DNA of 18,835 nucleotides from Candidatus Helarchaeota ASGARD archaeon Hel_GB_B. Lineage in GTDB: Archaea; Asgardarchaeota; Lokiarchaeia; Helarchaeales; HEL-GB-B. Below the pieces are notes generated by a model that was not told where the DNA came from, did not search any database, and was given only the letters and a program-made list of their open reading frames with translations. This document shows, piece by piece, positions 1 through 7,531 of the stretch. The number at the start of each line of letters is the position of its first letter. Positions within the stretch are counted from its first letter, which is position 1. Location of the stretch: assembly GCA_005191425.1 (NCBI GenBank), contig SUPR01000072.1, positions 1 to 18,835 on the forward strand, written 5' to 3'. Made by a program: the position numbers and the translations under genes.

Positions 1-493
1 TGGTTTACCCTCTGTTTTATCTTTGTTTTTTCATTTATAATTTTGTACCTATACCTAACTGCTTTCCTTAAATTGAACAATTCAACAGGGCAGATTAATG
101 ATGGCTTCAATCTACAATCTCTGTGTGCTATTGCGATCCTTCACGCATCAAATTTATCAGTTTTTTACTTTGTGTCGATTTTGTTTGTTATGAATTTGTG
201 ACTAGCACAGGAATACCCGAATCTATTAATGTGAAAACCAACTTAAAGTGGTACTGAGTTGTAAATTCAACTGCCACGATCAAAACATATAATCTTTTGA
301 TTGTACTAATCAAATTACTTATTTCCTTATTATTATTCAACACCTAAAACTCTTCGAGAATTTTTGTTTTAGTCAACACACAATAGGCAAAAACATCTTT
401 ATTAAAATCTATTCCCATAATCGGCTTGGATTTATGCCTACCTTCTCCATCAATTAATTTCAAAACCTTTTTATTCTTGTTTTATCTAACCAT
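1..493 (-). pseudogene. IS110-family (DEDD RuvC-like) recombinase/transposase, decayed; 5' part only, runs off the left edge of the window
   Basis: My manual minus-strand translation from ATG at 493 is MVR*NKNKKVLKLIDGEGRHKSKPIMGIDFNKDVFAYCVLTKTKILEEF*VLNNNKEISNLISTIKRLYVLIVAVEFTTQYHFKLVFTLIDSGIPVLVTNS*QTKSTQSKK/TDKFDA*RIAIAHRDCRLKPSLICPVELFNLRKAVRYRYKIINEKTKIKQRVN. It shows the IS110 N-terminal motifs GID-x-K, AxE-x-T-x-Y, V-x-NP-like and KTDxxDAxxIA. In-frame stops lie at 482-484, 344-346, 188-190 and 141-143, and there is a frameshift in the T6 run at 161-166. Confidence 0.9.
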
Positions 494-750
494 AATCTCT
501 CACTTTTGGGCGAATTTGTCGAGATCAATGCCAAACGTAGATCAACTTAAGGGAGAAATCCCCGATCTGCGTGGATCACTATATGAATTGAGACTAACGT
601 GGATCTCTTAGAAAACTACAAGGAATGGATCAACGTGGAAAAAATAACATAAAAAAAGGAGTTTTCCAAAGGAAAATAAAACCAACATGGGGTTTACCCA
701 CATAAGTGGGTACAAGAGTCCCTTCACACATTGAAAAAGTGAGTGTAGGA
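494..750 (-). ncRNA. Candidate IS110 left-end non-coding region (possible bridge-RNA-like RNA)
   Basis: The region lies directly upstream of the IS110 ORF. It contains a bulged hairpin AGATC-N7-GGGA-GAAA-TCCC-C-GATCT (539-568), hairpins at 662-676 (TTTTCC-AAA-GGAAAA) and 695-712 (TACCCAC-ATAA-GTGGGTA), and repeated RCGTRGATC motifs. The RNA identity is inferred from position only, and the boundaries are uncertain. Confidence 0.3.
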
Positions 751-1071
751 ACTATCCAGAAATTGAAAGATCAAATTTAGTTATCAAAACATTATGATGT
801 GATATTAGTCGGACATAGAAACAATTTATATTACAAGCTCGAAGCTCAATTGGAAGATCAGGTCGTCCAACTATCACAATTTACATTACTAAACAAAAAA
901 TATAGCAAAATTCCCCTCCTAAATAAAAATATTTGTTAATATAGCTCATCTTAGAAACTTTTTTATTTTAATCAAAAAAAAGATTTCGATAGGATATGAA
1001 TTTTGTTAAAAATTCGTTGTTCGTTTATATTTTTTCATTTTTATTAAAGAGAAAAATTAATAAGATTATTT

Positions 1072-1089
1072 GTAGAGCTAAAGCTCTAC
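1072..1089. promoter_or_regulatory. Palindromic putative operator upstream of gap
   Basis: GTAGAGCT-AA-AGCTCTAC is a perfect 8-bp inverted repeat ending 22 nt before the gap ATG and downstream of AT-rich TATA-like tracts (~1024-1050). Confidence 0.5.
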
Positions 1090-1111
1090 TAACTATTTGG
1101 GTGAAATAATT

Positions 1112-2113
1112 ATGACTATTAAAATTGGAATTAACGGATTTGGTCGTATTGGAAAGTTAGTTTTCCGAGCTATTTTAAAGCAAAAAGCTGATATTGAAGT
1201 CGTTGGTATAAATGATTTAACTGATACAAAAACGCTTGCTCATTTACTTAAACATGATAGTACCTTTGGAATTTTACCAAACGACATACAAAGTGATGAA
1301 AATTCATTGATTGTTGATGGGAAAAAAATCCCAGTTTCCGCGATTAGGAACCCTGCTGAACTTCCTTGGAGTAGTTTAGGGGCTAAAATAGCAATTGAAA
1401 GCACCGGTATTTTTAGGAAACGCGAACAAGCGGCTAATCATTTAAAAGCAGGTGCTGAAAAAGTTATTATAAGTGCTCCATCACCAGACCCCGATTATAC
1501 CGTAGTAATGGGTGTAAATAGTGATGGACTGACTTCAGACCACCTTATTATTTCTAATGCTTCATGTACTACAAATTCACTTGCTCCCCCTGCAATGATA
1601 TTAAACAATTCTTTTGGTATTAAATCAGGTGTTATTACTACTATCCATAGTTATACAAATGACCAAAGATTACTGGATTTTATTCATAAGGATTTAAGGA
1701 GAGCTCGCGCTGCAGCAGTAAATATTATTCCAACAACTACTGGAGCTGCAAAAGCAATTGGAAAAGTAATCCCCGATTTAGACGGAAAATTAAATGGAAT
1801 TGCAATGAGAGTACCAACTCCTGATGGATCAATAACTGATTTAGTTGTTAATACTGAAAAAGATGTTACAGTTGAATCTGTAAATAATGCATTAAAAGAA
1901 GCAGCTGAAGGAAAATTAAAAGGAATAATGGAATATACTGAAGATCCAATTGTATCTAGGGATATTGTAGGTAATTCTCATAGTGCTATTATTGATGGCG
2001 GAATGACTATGGTCGTAGGGAAAAATTTAGTAAAGGTATTATCATGGTATGATAATGAATGGGGTTTTAGTAATAGAATGGTAGATCTTATAATTAAAAT
2101 GGCTAATTTATAA
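1112..2113 (+). CDS. gap: Class I glyceraldehyde-3-phosphate dehydrogenase (phosphorylating, probably NAD-dependent)
   Basis: Motifs are [10 protein letters not shown] (Rossmann fold), INDLTD, catalytic [46 protein letters not shown] and [10 protein letters not shown]. The ATG at 1112 is preceded by GGTGA (SD-like), so it is preferred over the TTG at 1097 used by the ORF track. Confidence 0.97.
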   Translation: MTIKIGINGFGRIGKLVFRAILKQKADIEVVGINDLTDTKTLAHLLKHDSTFGILPNDIQSDENSLIVDGKKIPVSAIRNPAELPWSSLGAKIAIESTGIFRKREQAANHLKAGAEKVIISAPSPDPDYTVVMGVNSDGLTSDHLIISNASCTTNSLAPPAMILNNSFGIKSGVITTIHSYTNDQRLLDFIHKDLRRARAAAVNIIPTTTGAAKAIGKVIPDLDGKLNGIAMRVPTPDGSITDLVVNTEKDVTVESVNNALKEAAEGKLKGIMEYTEDPIVSRDIVGNSHSAIIDGGMTMVVGKNLVKVLSWYDNEWGFSNRMVDLIIKMANL

Positions 2114-2146
2114 ATAAAATTTTTTATTATTTTCATTTTTTTCAAT
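2114..2146 (+). terminator. Oligo-T tract after gap (archaeal-type intrinsic terminator candidate)
   Basis: T6, T4 and T7 runs directly follow the stop, with no GC hairpin. The background is AT-rich, so this evidence is weak. Confidence 0.35.
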
Positions 2147-2300
2147 TAATAAATTCCTAAAAAAATTAGTTATATCCATTTTTCTTGTAAATAATTTTCT
2201 TAAATAATTATTTTATTTAGTGTTGAGTTTTTTAATCAACAATCAAATAAAAATAAGCTAATTTTAAATAGAATTATTACTAAGCTAAATATGAATAGTA

Positions 2301-3119
2301 ATGATTGAAGATGAAACTGAGGGCAAAATCTTTAGAACAACGAGAGATAAAGGAAAAACCTATGATGAAGGAGCTTCACCGGTTTTGCAGCGTATAGGAA
2401 GGCGAGAGAGTGAACCACATTCTGAAGAAGTATCCTACATGTATGATGTATTAACTACAAATTTTCCCGATTCTCGAACATTTTGGGACTTACATCATTA
2501 TTTTAAATTAGAAGATGGAACCGAGATAGACCTGCAATTTGACATCTCATTTTGTAAAGGACTAATTTTAAAGAAGGCACTATCTTCGTATGACCCAAGT
2601 CAATTTAATGGTAGAATACCTGACATGGCAATAAATATATTGTCCAAATCGACATGGCGAATTGATTTATTAGACCATGGAGATTATTGTGAAAAGGTAA
2701 AAATACCATATTATATAGTATTTACACCGTATGATACAGTTGGTAAACTTTATAGTCCGCCATTTATGAGAGTATTCCATTTAGAAAATGATAAGTATGT
2801 ACATTTTGATATTAGAGATATAGCTTTAAAAGAGGGGGAAGAAGAAATGATAGACAATACAAAAATAGTTGATTTAGGAAATAGATTACCATTTAGAATA
2901 GGCTTAATGGAAAGAAAAAAAAGCCATATTAAATGCGGAAAATTATATCGATTAGTTTTTTTTGATAAAGAAAATGATATATTACTTAAAACAACCGCAG
3001 AGAAGGAAAGAGAACGGGCAGAGAAGGAAAGAGAACGGGCAGAGAAGGAGACGGAGCGAGCAAACCAACTGAAAAAAATACTTGAAAAATATAAGCAAAA
3101 ATATGGCGAAATTAATTGA
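2301..3119 (+). CDS. Uma2-like / PD-(D/E)xK-fold putative nuclease with C-terminal coiled-coil AEKERER repeats
   Basis: Motifs ESEPHS..V.Y.YDVL, WDLHHYF, QFDIS, PDMAINILSKSTW..D and KIPYYIVF resemble the Uma2 layout (PD...LxxExLSxST..D...K..Y...gipxYwiv). The tail of charged heptads is typical of Uma2-like proteins. Confidence 0.65.
   Translation: MIEDETEGKIFRTTRDKGKTYDEGASPVLQRIGRRESEPHSEEVSYMYDVLTTNFPDSRTFWDLHHYFKLEDGTEIDLQFDISFCKGLILKKALSSYDPSQFNGRIPDMAINILSKSTWRIDLLDHGDYCEKVKIPYYIVFTPYDTVGKLYSPPFMRVFHLENDKYVHFDIRDIALKEGEEEMIDNTKIVDLGNRLPFRIGLMERKKSHIKCGKLYRLVFFDKENDILLKTTAEKERERAEKERERAEKETERANQLKKILEKYKQKYGEIN
2997..3059 (+). repeat. 21-bp coding tandem repeat (2 perfect copies plus 1 degenerate copy)
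   Basis: GCAGAGAAGGAAAGAGAACGG occurs at 2997-3017 and 3018-3038, followed by GCAGAGAAGGAGACGGAGCGA at 3039-3059. It encodes AEKERER-AEKERER-AEKETER. Confidence 0.95.
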
Positions 3120-3249
3120 TAAATCTCTCTATAATATTTTTTAATTTAAATTTATATATATGAATTAATTTCTTAGTATTGAAAGTTCTTTAAATATATT
3201 ACTAAATAAAAAAGTTCTTGGGATTTTCAATAAAAAAATTAATTATCTT

Positions 3250-3309
3250 CAATATCTGGGATTTTATTACAAGATATTGGTAATATTGATGCAAGATATT
3301 CAAGATCAT
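3250..3309. promoter_or_regulatory. Inverted/direct repeat cluster upstream of aor (possible regulator sites)
   Basis: CAATATCT (3250-3257) and AGATATTG (3272-3279) form an inverted pair. CAAGATATT occurs at 3270 and 3292, and CAAGATCAT at 3301. Confidence 0.3.
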
Positions 3310-3440
3310 GCAAATTTTGTTTCTTATAATTAAAATATTTAAAATCAAATATATTTTATATATTTAAAATATTATATTAAATAAATATATATTTTCTAAA
3401 AAGGAAATACTATTAAAAGATATATAAATAGGTATTAATA

Positions 3441-5471
3441 ATGACTAATACAAAAAAAAGATCTGGATATAATGGAAAAATATTATGGATAGATTTGACT
3501 AATGAAGAGATAAAAGAAGAAGAACCCAGCGAAGATATCTATCGAAATTATTTAGGTGGTTATGGTCTTGGGGTATATTATATTTACAACAGAATAAAAC
3601 CAAAATGTGATCCATTAGGGCCTGATAACATAATCGGATTTTGTCCAGGATTACTAACGGGAAGTTTAGCACCTTTCTCAGGGAGATATATGGTCTGTGG
3701 GAAAAGTCCTTTAACTGGAGGATGGGGCGACTCAAATTCGGGTGGAAATTTCGGTAATGCCATAAAAAGATCCGGATATGATGCAATATTTATAACCGGG
3801 ATAGCAAAAAATCCAGTGTATTTGCTTATTGGGAATGAAAAAAATGAATTAATTAGCGCTTCTGACCTCTGGGGAAAAGATGTGGTAGAAACTGAAAAAA
3901 AATTAAAAGAAAAATATGGTAAGTGCGATATTGCTTCAATTGGAGTTGGTGGAGAAAATAAATGCCTAATTTCTGGTATTGTCAACGATAGCGCACGTCT
4001 TGCCGCAAGAAGCGGATTAGGAGCAGTGATGGGTTCCAAAAAGTTAAAAGCAATTTGCATAGTAAAAAAATCTGAATTGAACGTAAATAATAAACAAGAA
4101 ATGATTGAACTGGCAAAGGAATACAATAAAAGAATTAATAAGAAAAAGAAAAACATGATTTTCTCTCCAATTATAAATCTAACGCCAAATTTTGCGCAAT
4201 TATTAAGGATTTCTAAAATACATTATTCAAATTTTAAAATTGCTACGTTATACGCCCAATTCTTATCAAAAATAGGGACTCCATTTTTTTATGGTATATT
4301 AACAAATGTTGGAGATGCACCAATAAAAAATTATAAAGGTATTGCGAAAATAGAATTTCAGAAAAAAAGATATAAAAAAATGGACGGGGCCTATTTAAAA
4401 AAGTATGTAACAGATTCTATAGGTTGCTTTTCATGTCCAATACGTTGTGGTGCTAAGTTAAATATCCCTGAATTAGGGCTTGAAAATATACATAGACCTG
4501 AATATGAGACATTAGCAGCTTTTAGTGGATTAATTTTAAATGACGACCTTAAGACTATTCTATTAATTAACGAATATTTAAATCGACAAGGAATTGATAC
4601 AATATCTTGCGGTGGGGTCATTGCTTACGTTCTAGAATGTGTAGAGCAAGGTATTTTAAAGAAAGAAGATTTTAAGTGTAAGGAATATCCTGATGGATTT
4701 CTACCCGAATGGAATAAATCTGAATACCTTTTAACTCTCTGCCAAATGATTGTAAATAGAGAAGGTATTGGTGATATTCTAGCTAATGGAGTTAAAAAAG
4801 CAAGCGAAAAAATCAAAGGATCTGAAGAATTTGCAATTCATTCAGGAGGCCAAGAATTACCAATGCACGATGCAAGGTTTACTAAAGGTCTGATGATGAC
4901 ATATATTGCTGACCCTACACCTGGACGTCATACTGCAGCAAGTATTGATTATTTCCTAGCGGGACCTGGAAACTTGTTTTTAAAAGGATTTAGAGTAAAA
5001 AATAGTAAAGATCCTAAGAAAAAAGGGAAAGCGCAAGCAGAAGTAGCAAAATTCATACAAAATTTTAACAGCCTGGGACTATGTATGTTCTCGGAATGGT
5101 GTGGAAGATATCCTTTATTAGAAATCATTAAAGCTGTTGTCGGCTGGGAATTAACTGTTGATGATTTATTACAATGTGGTTGGCGTATCCAAACTTTAAG
5201 ACAAATGTTTAATGCCAGAGAAGGCGCAATACGTCATGAAGCATCAAAACGTGCTATTGGCGATCCTCCAATGAATAAAGGACCATTAAAAAATAAAAAA
5301 ATAGATGCTGAACAAATGATCACATATTATTATCAAAATATTGGATTTAACGAAAATGGGATCCCTCAAAAAGATACACTAGAAAAATTAGGACTTGACT
5401 TTTGTATCAAAGATTTAGAAATTAGTACTGGAAGACCTGAACCTATTATCAATTCATCAATCAAAAAATAA
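3441..5471 (+). CDS. aor: Aldehyde:ferredoxin oxidoreductase family protein (W/Mo-pterin, 4Fe-4S)
   Basis: Motifs are N-terminal GYNGKILWIDLT, KSPLTGGWGDSNSGG, AARSGLGAVMGSKKLKAI, Fe-S CFSCPIRCG, PEYET, GIDTISCG, GLCMF and RQMFNAREG. The ORF is 676 aa with AGGT upstream. Confidence 0.95.
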   Translation: MTNTKKRSGYNGKILWIDLTNEEIKEEEPSEDIYRNYLGGYGLGVYYIYNRIKPKCDPLGPDNIIGFCPGLLTGSLAPFSGRYMVCGKSPLTGGWGDSNSGGNFGNAIKRSGYDAIFITGIAKNPVYLLIGNEKNELISASDLWGKDVVETEKKLKEKYGKCDIASIGVGGENKCLISGIVNDSARLAARSGLGAVMGSKKLKAICIVKKSELNVNNKQEMIELAKEYNKRINKKKKNMIFSPIINLTPNFAQLLRISKIHYSNFKIATLYAQFLSKIGTPFFYGILTNVGDAPIKNYKGIAKIEFQKKRYKKMDGAYLKKYVTDSIGCFSCPIRCGAKLNIPELGLENIHRPEYETLAAFSGLILNDDLKTILLINEYLNRQGIDTISCGGVIAYVLECVEQGILKKEDFKCKEYPDGFLPEWNKSEYLLTLCQMIVNREGIGDILANGVKKASEKIKGSEEFAIHSGGQELPMHDARFTKGLMMTYIADPTPGRHTAASIDYFLAGPGNLFLKGFRVKNSKDPKKKGKAQAEVAKFIQNFNSLGLCMFSEWCGRYPLLEIIKAVVGWELTVDDLLQCGWRIQTLRQMFNAREGAIRHEASKRAIGDPPMNKGPLKNKKIDAEQMITYYYQNIGFNENGIPQKDTLEKLGLDFCIKDLEISTGRPEPIINSSIKK

Positions 5472-5528
5472 TTTTCTATTTTCTAATATTTTTTCATTAA
5501 TAACATTAATTATTTACATTACTCTGCA

Positions 5529-5819
5529 TTAGACTCTTGTGGTCTTCTTTTTTTTTAATAAATAGAATAGTAATAGTGAGATACCAAGGGCTATAATTAT
5601 TCCAATTATTCCATTGATTATATCGCCAATAATTCCAAGTCCTGACACCCCTAATGGTGCAAATAAAGGATGAAACTCTCCTAAACCAAAATCTTCAAGC
5701 ACTCTTTCTAATCCATCTGGTCCAACCCACGAAAGTAATGGGATCATAATTGCTGCTATACATATAATTATTATTAGGATTAAGAAAAAGTATTTATGAG
5801 TTTTAATCCAATTCTTCAT
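5529..5819 (-). CDS. PDGLE-domain small membrane subunit of Ni/Co ECF transporter (NikN/CbiN-like)
   Basis: It has two hydrophobic helices flanking a literal GPDGLERV motif, and overlaps the upstream M gene by 4 nt (ATGA, 5816-5819), implying translational coupling. Confidence 0.85.
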   Translation of the reverse strand: MKNWIKTHKYFFLILIIIICIAAIMIPLLSWVGPDGLERVLEDFGLGEFHPLFAPLGVSGLGIIGDIINGIIGIIIALGISLLLFYLLKKKKTTRV

Positions 5820-6490
5820 TTAGGTACCTCCTTATTGAAATCTAAGCCTAAATTTTTACTAATTATAATTAAATCAGGTTTTGTTTTAATTATGTATAAA
5901 AGAATTGTCCCAGTAATTATTCCTTCACCAATTCCAATCATAACATGCCAAAAGACCATAGCTGGAAGGACAATTTCAATAGGAATTACACCCGAAAGGG
6001 CAATTTCGACAGCTGCAGTGGCAGCAGCCAAGACTATTGAAATAAAGCTGGAGATACTCGCACTTATAACAAGTTTTTTCGAGGGTGACATTTTTCTAAA
6101 TAATTTTATAAGGAGTAGCATTAAATAATAACTCAACATACCTCCTATTATTCCCATATTAAATAAATTTGCTCCAATTGCAGTTATTCCTCCATCTCCA
6201 AATAAAGATTGAATAAAAAGTACTATTAAAATAACAAAAGGAACTGCAAATGGTCCAAATGTCGCAGCAATTAATGTTCCTCCTATTAAATGTCCAGAAG
6301 TCCCTCCTGGAATTGGAAAATTAAAAAGTTGTGCCGCAAATATTCCAGCTGTAAATAATCCTAAATATGGTATAAATCTATCTTCTAATTTATTTTTAAG
6401 TTTAAAATAACTATATACAACAAAAACCGCAGAAATTATTAATAATGGTATCCAAACCCATATTGCAAGCAGACCATCAGGAATATGCAA
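5816..6490 (-). CDS. cbiM: Ni/Co ECF transporter substrate-binding S component (NikM/CbiM)
   Basis: It has the N-terminal metal-binding MHIPDG (TTG start), plus FAAQLFNFPIPGGTSGHLIGG, FGDGGITAIGAN and H..IGIGEGIIT. MHIPDG together with a PDGLE partner leans toward the nickel (NikM) subtype. Confidence 0.92.
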   Translation of the reverse strand: MHIPDGLLAIWVWIPLLIISAVFVVYSYFKLKNKLEDRFIPYLGLFTAGIFAAQLFNFPIPGGTSGHLIGGTLIAATFGPFAVPFVILIVLFIQSLFGDGGITAIGANLFNMGIIGGMLSYYLMLLLIKLFRKMSPSKKLVISASISSFISIVLAAATAAVEIALSGVIPIEIVLPAMVFWHVMIGIGEGIITGTILLYIIKTKPDLIIISKNLGLDFNKEVPK

Positions 6491-6740
6491 TCAAATACCT
6501 TCTATATTAAGTTTATTATTATATATTTAATTAATTTTAAGACTAAATTTATACATCAAGAATTAAGAAAATTTTATCTTTAAATTTTTTTGCTTTATAT
6601 TATCCAAATTTATATTTCTTTACCACTTCAGAAAATTCAATAATATTTTTATTAATAATTCAAATAAATACCATATTTCCTATATTATTTAAATTGATCC
6701 TCGTAATATCCTTGATTAAAATTAGTTATAACATGTATGA

Positions 6741-7520
6741 TTGAAAAAAATGAATAACTTTATACCATTTAGAAAAGAAAATCAGAAAACAATTTTAAAG
6801 AAGCTCCTACCCGAGACAAGAATTCTTATGGCTTTTATTTTTGCATTACCAGTTCCATTTTTGACGAATTATCGTATTGTTTCGATTATTTTAATATCTG
6901 TATTGGTTATTGGGGTTATAATAAGAATAGAATTAAGAGAAATTTTAAAAAGATGGATACGACTACTACCAATAATTTTAGTGTTTGTAGTCTTTTTACC
7001 GTTCTTTAATGGTACAATCGAATTTTGGTCTTTTTATATTGGTCAATGGAAGATAATAATTTATCTCGATAGGTTATGGTTTGCACTCTGGCTATTTTTA
7101 GTAATGAATACTATGTTTTTTAGTTTTATGATTTTTTTTTCAAGTTTATCCTTTACTGAATTTTCGCATGTTCGATTAATTCCTTCTTTATTTCGATCAA
7201 CCATTGTCTTAACGCTTAGATATATTCCAATGTTTTTTGAACAAAATAAAAAAATTTCTGAGGCTCAAGCATTAAGAGGTAAATCTCAAATAAAAGGTAT
7301 TATCAATAGAGTACGGTATTTTGGATATATGCTCGCTGCAACTTTAGTTAAATCATTGGAACAAAGTACTAAAACATATGAAAGCCTAAAATTAAGAGGT
7401 TTTGGTGGATCTTTACCAGTATTTAGCAAAAAAGTTAGTGTAAAGGATATTTTAATAATCGTAGGGTGTATAATCTATGTTTTTTTGATTGTTTATTATA
7501 GTCAAATATATTTTTTATAA
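6741..7520 (+). CDS. cbiQ: ECF transporter transmembrane T component (CbiQ/NikQ)
   Basis: It is a multi-TM protein with LTLRYIPMFFEQ...EAQALRG and YESLKLRGFGG (the two xRx/ARG-like motifs of EcfT). The start is TTG 6741 or ATG 6750. Confidence 0.9.
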   Translation: MKKMNNFIPFRKENQKTILKKLLPETRILMAFIFALPVPFLTNYRIVSIILISVLVIGVIIRIELREILKRWIRLLPIILVFVVFLPFFNGTIEFWSFYIGQWKIIIYLDRLWFALWLFLVMNTMFFSFMIFFSSLSFTEFSHVRLIPSLFRSTIVLTLRYIPMFFEQNKKISEAQALRGKSQIKGIINRVRYFGYMLAATLVKSLEQSTKTYESLKLRGFGGSLPVFSKKVSVKDILIIVGCIIYVFLIVYYSQIYFL

Positions 7521-7531
7521 AGGTTGAACAA

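Noticed and set aside
426-611. 61-aa plus-strand ORF
   Set aside because: It overlaps the IS110 5' end on the opposite strand, has a TTG start without an SD, and shows no recognisable motif. The LYELRL resemblance to RelE-type toxins is too short to support.
535-640. CRISPR-like array from the spaced RCGTRGATC motifs
   Set aside because: The repeats are only 9 nt with irregular spacing, and there are no cas genes.
3499-4816. Four minus-strand ORFs (3499-3786, 3584-4156, 4391-4621, 4625-4816)
   Set aside because: These are antisense shadows of aor, with compositions typical of reverse-complemented coding DNA.
5796-6128. 110-aa plus-strand ORF
   Set aside because: It is an antisense shadow of cbiM.
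6491-6740. Cobalamin riboswitch or NikR operator in the cbiM-cbiQ spacer
   Set aside because: The spacer is almost pure A/T with no B12-box or stable stems. A single GTATGA half-site (6735-6740) lacks its inverted partner.
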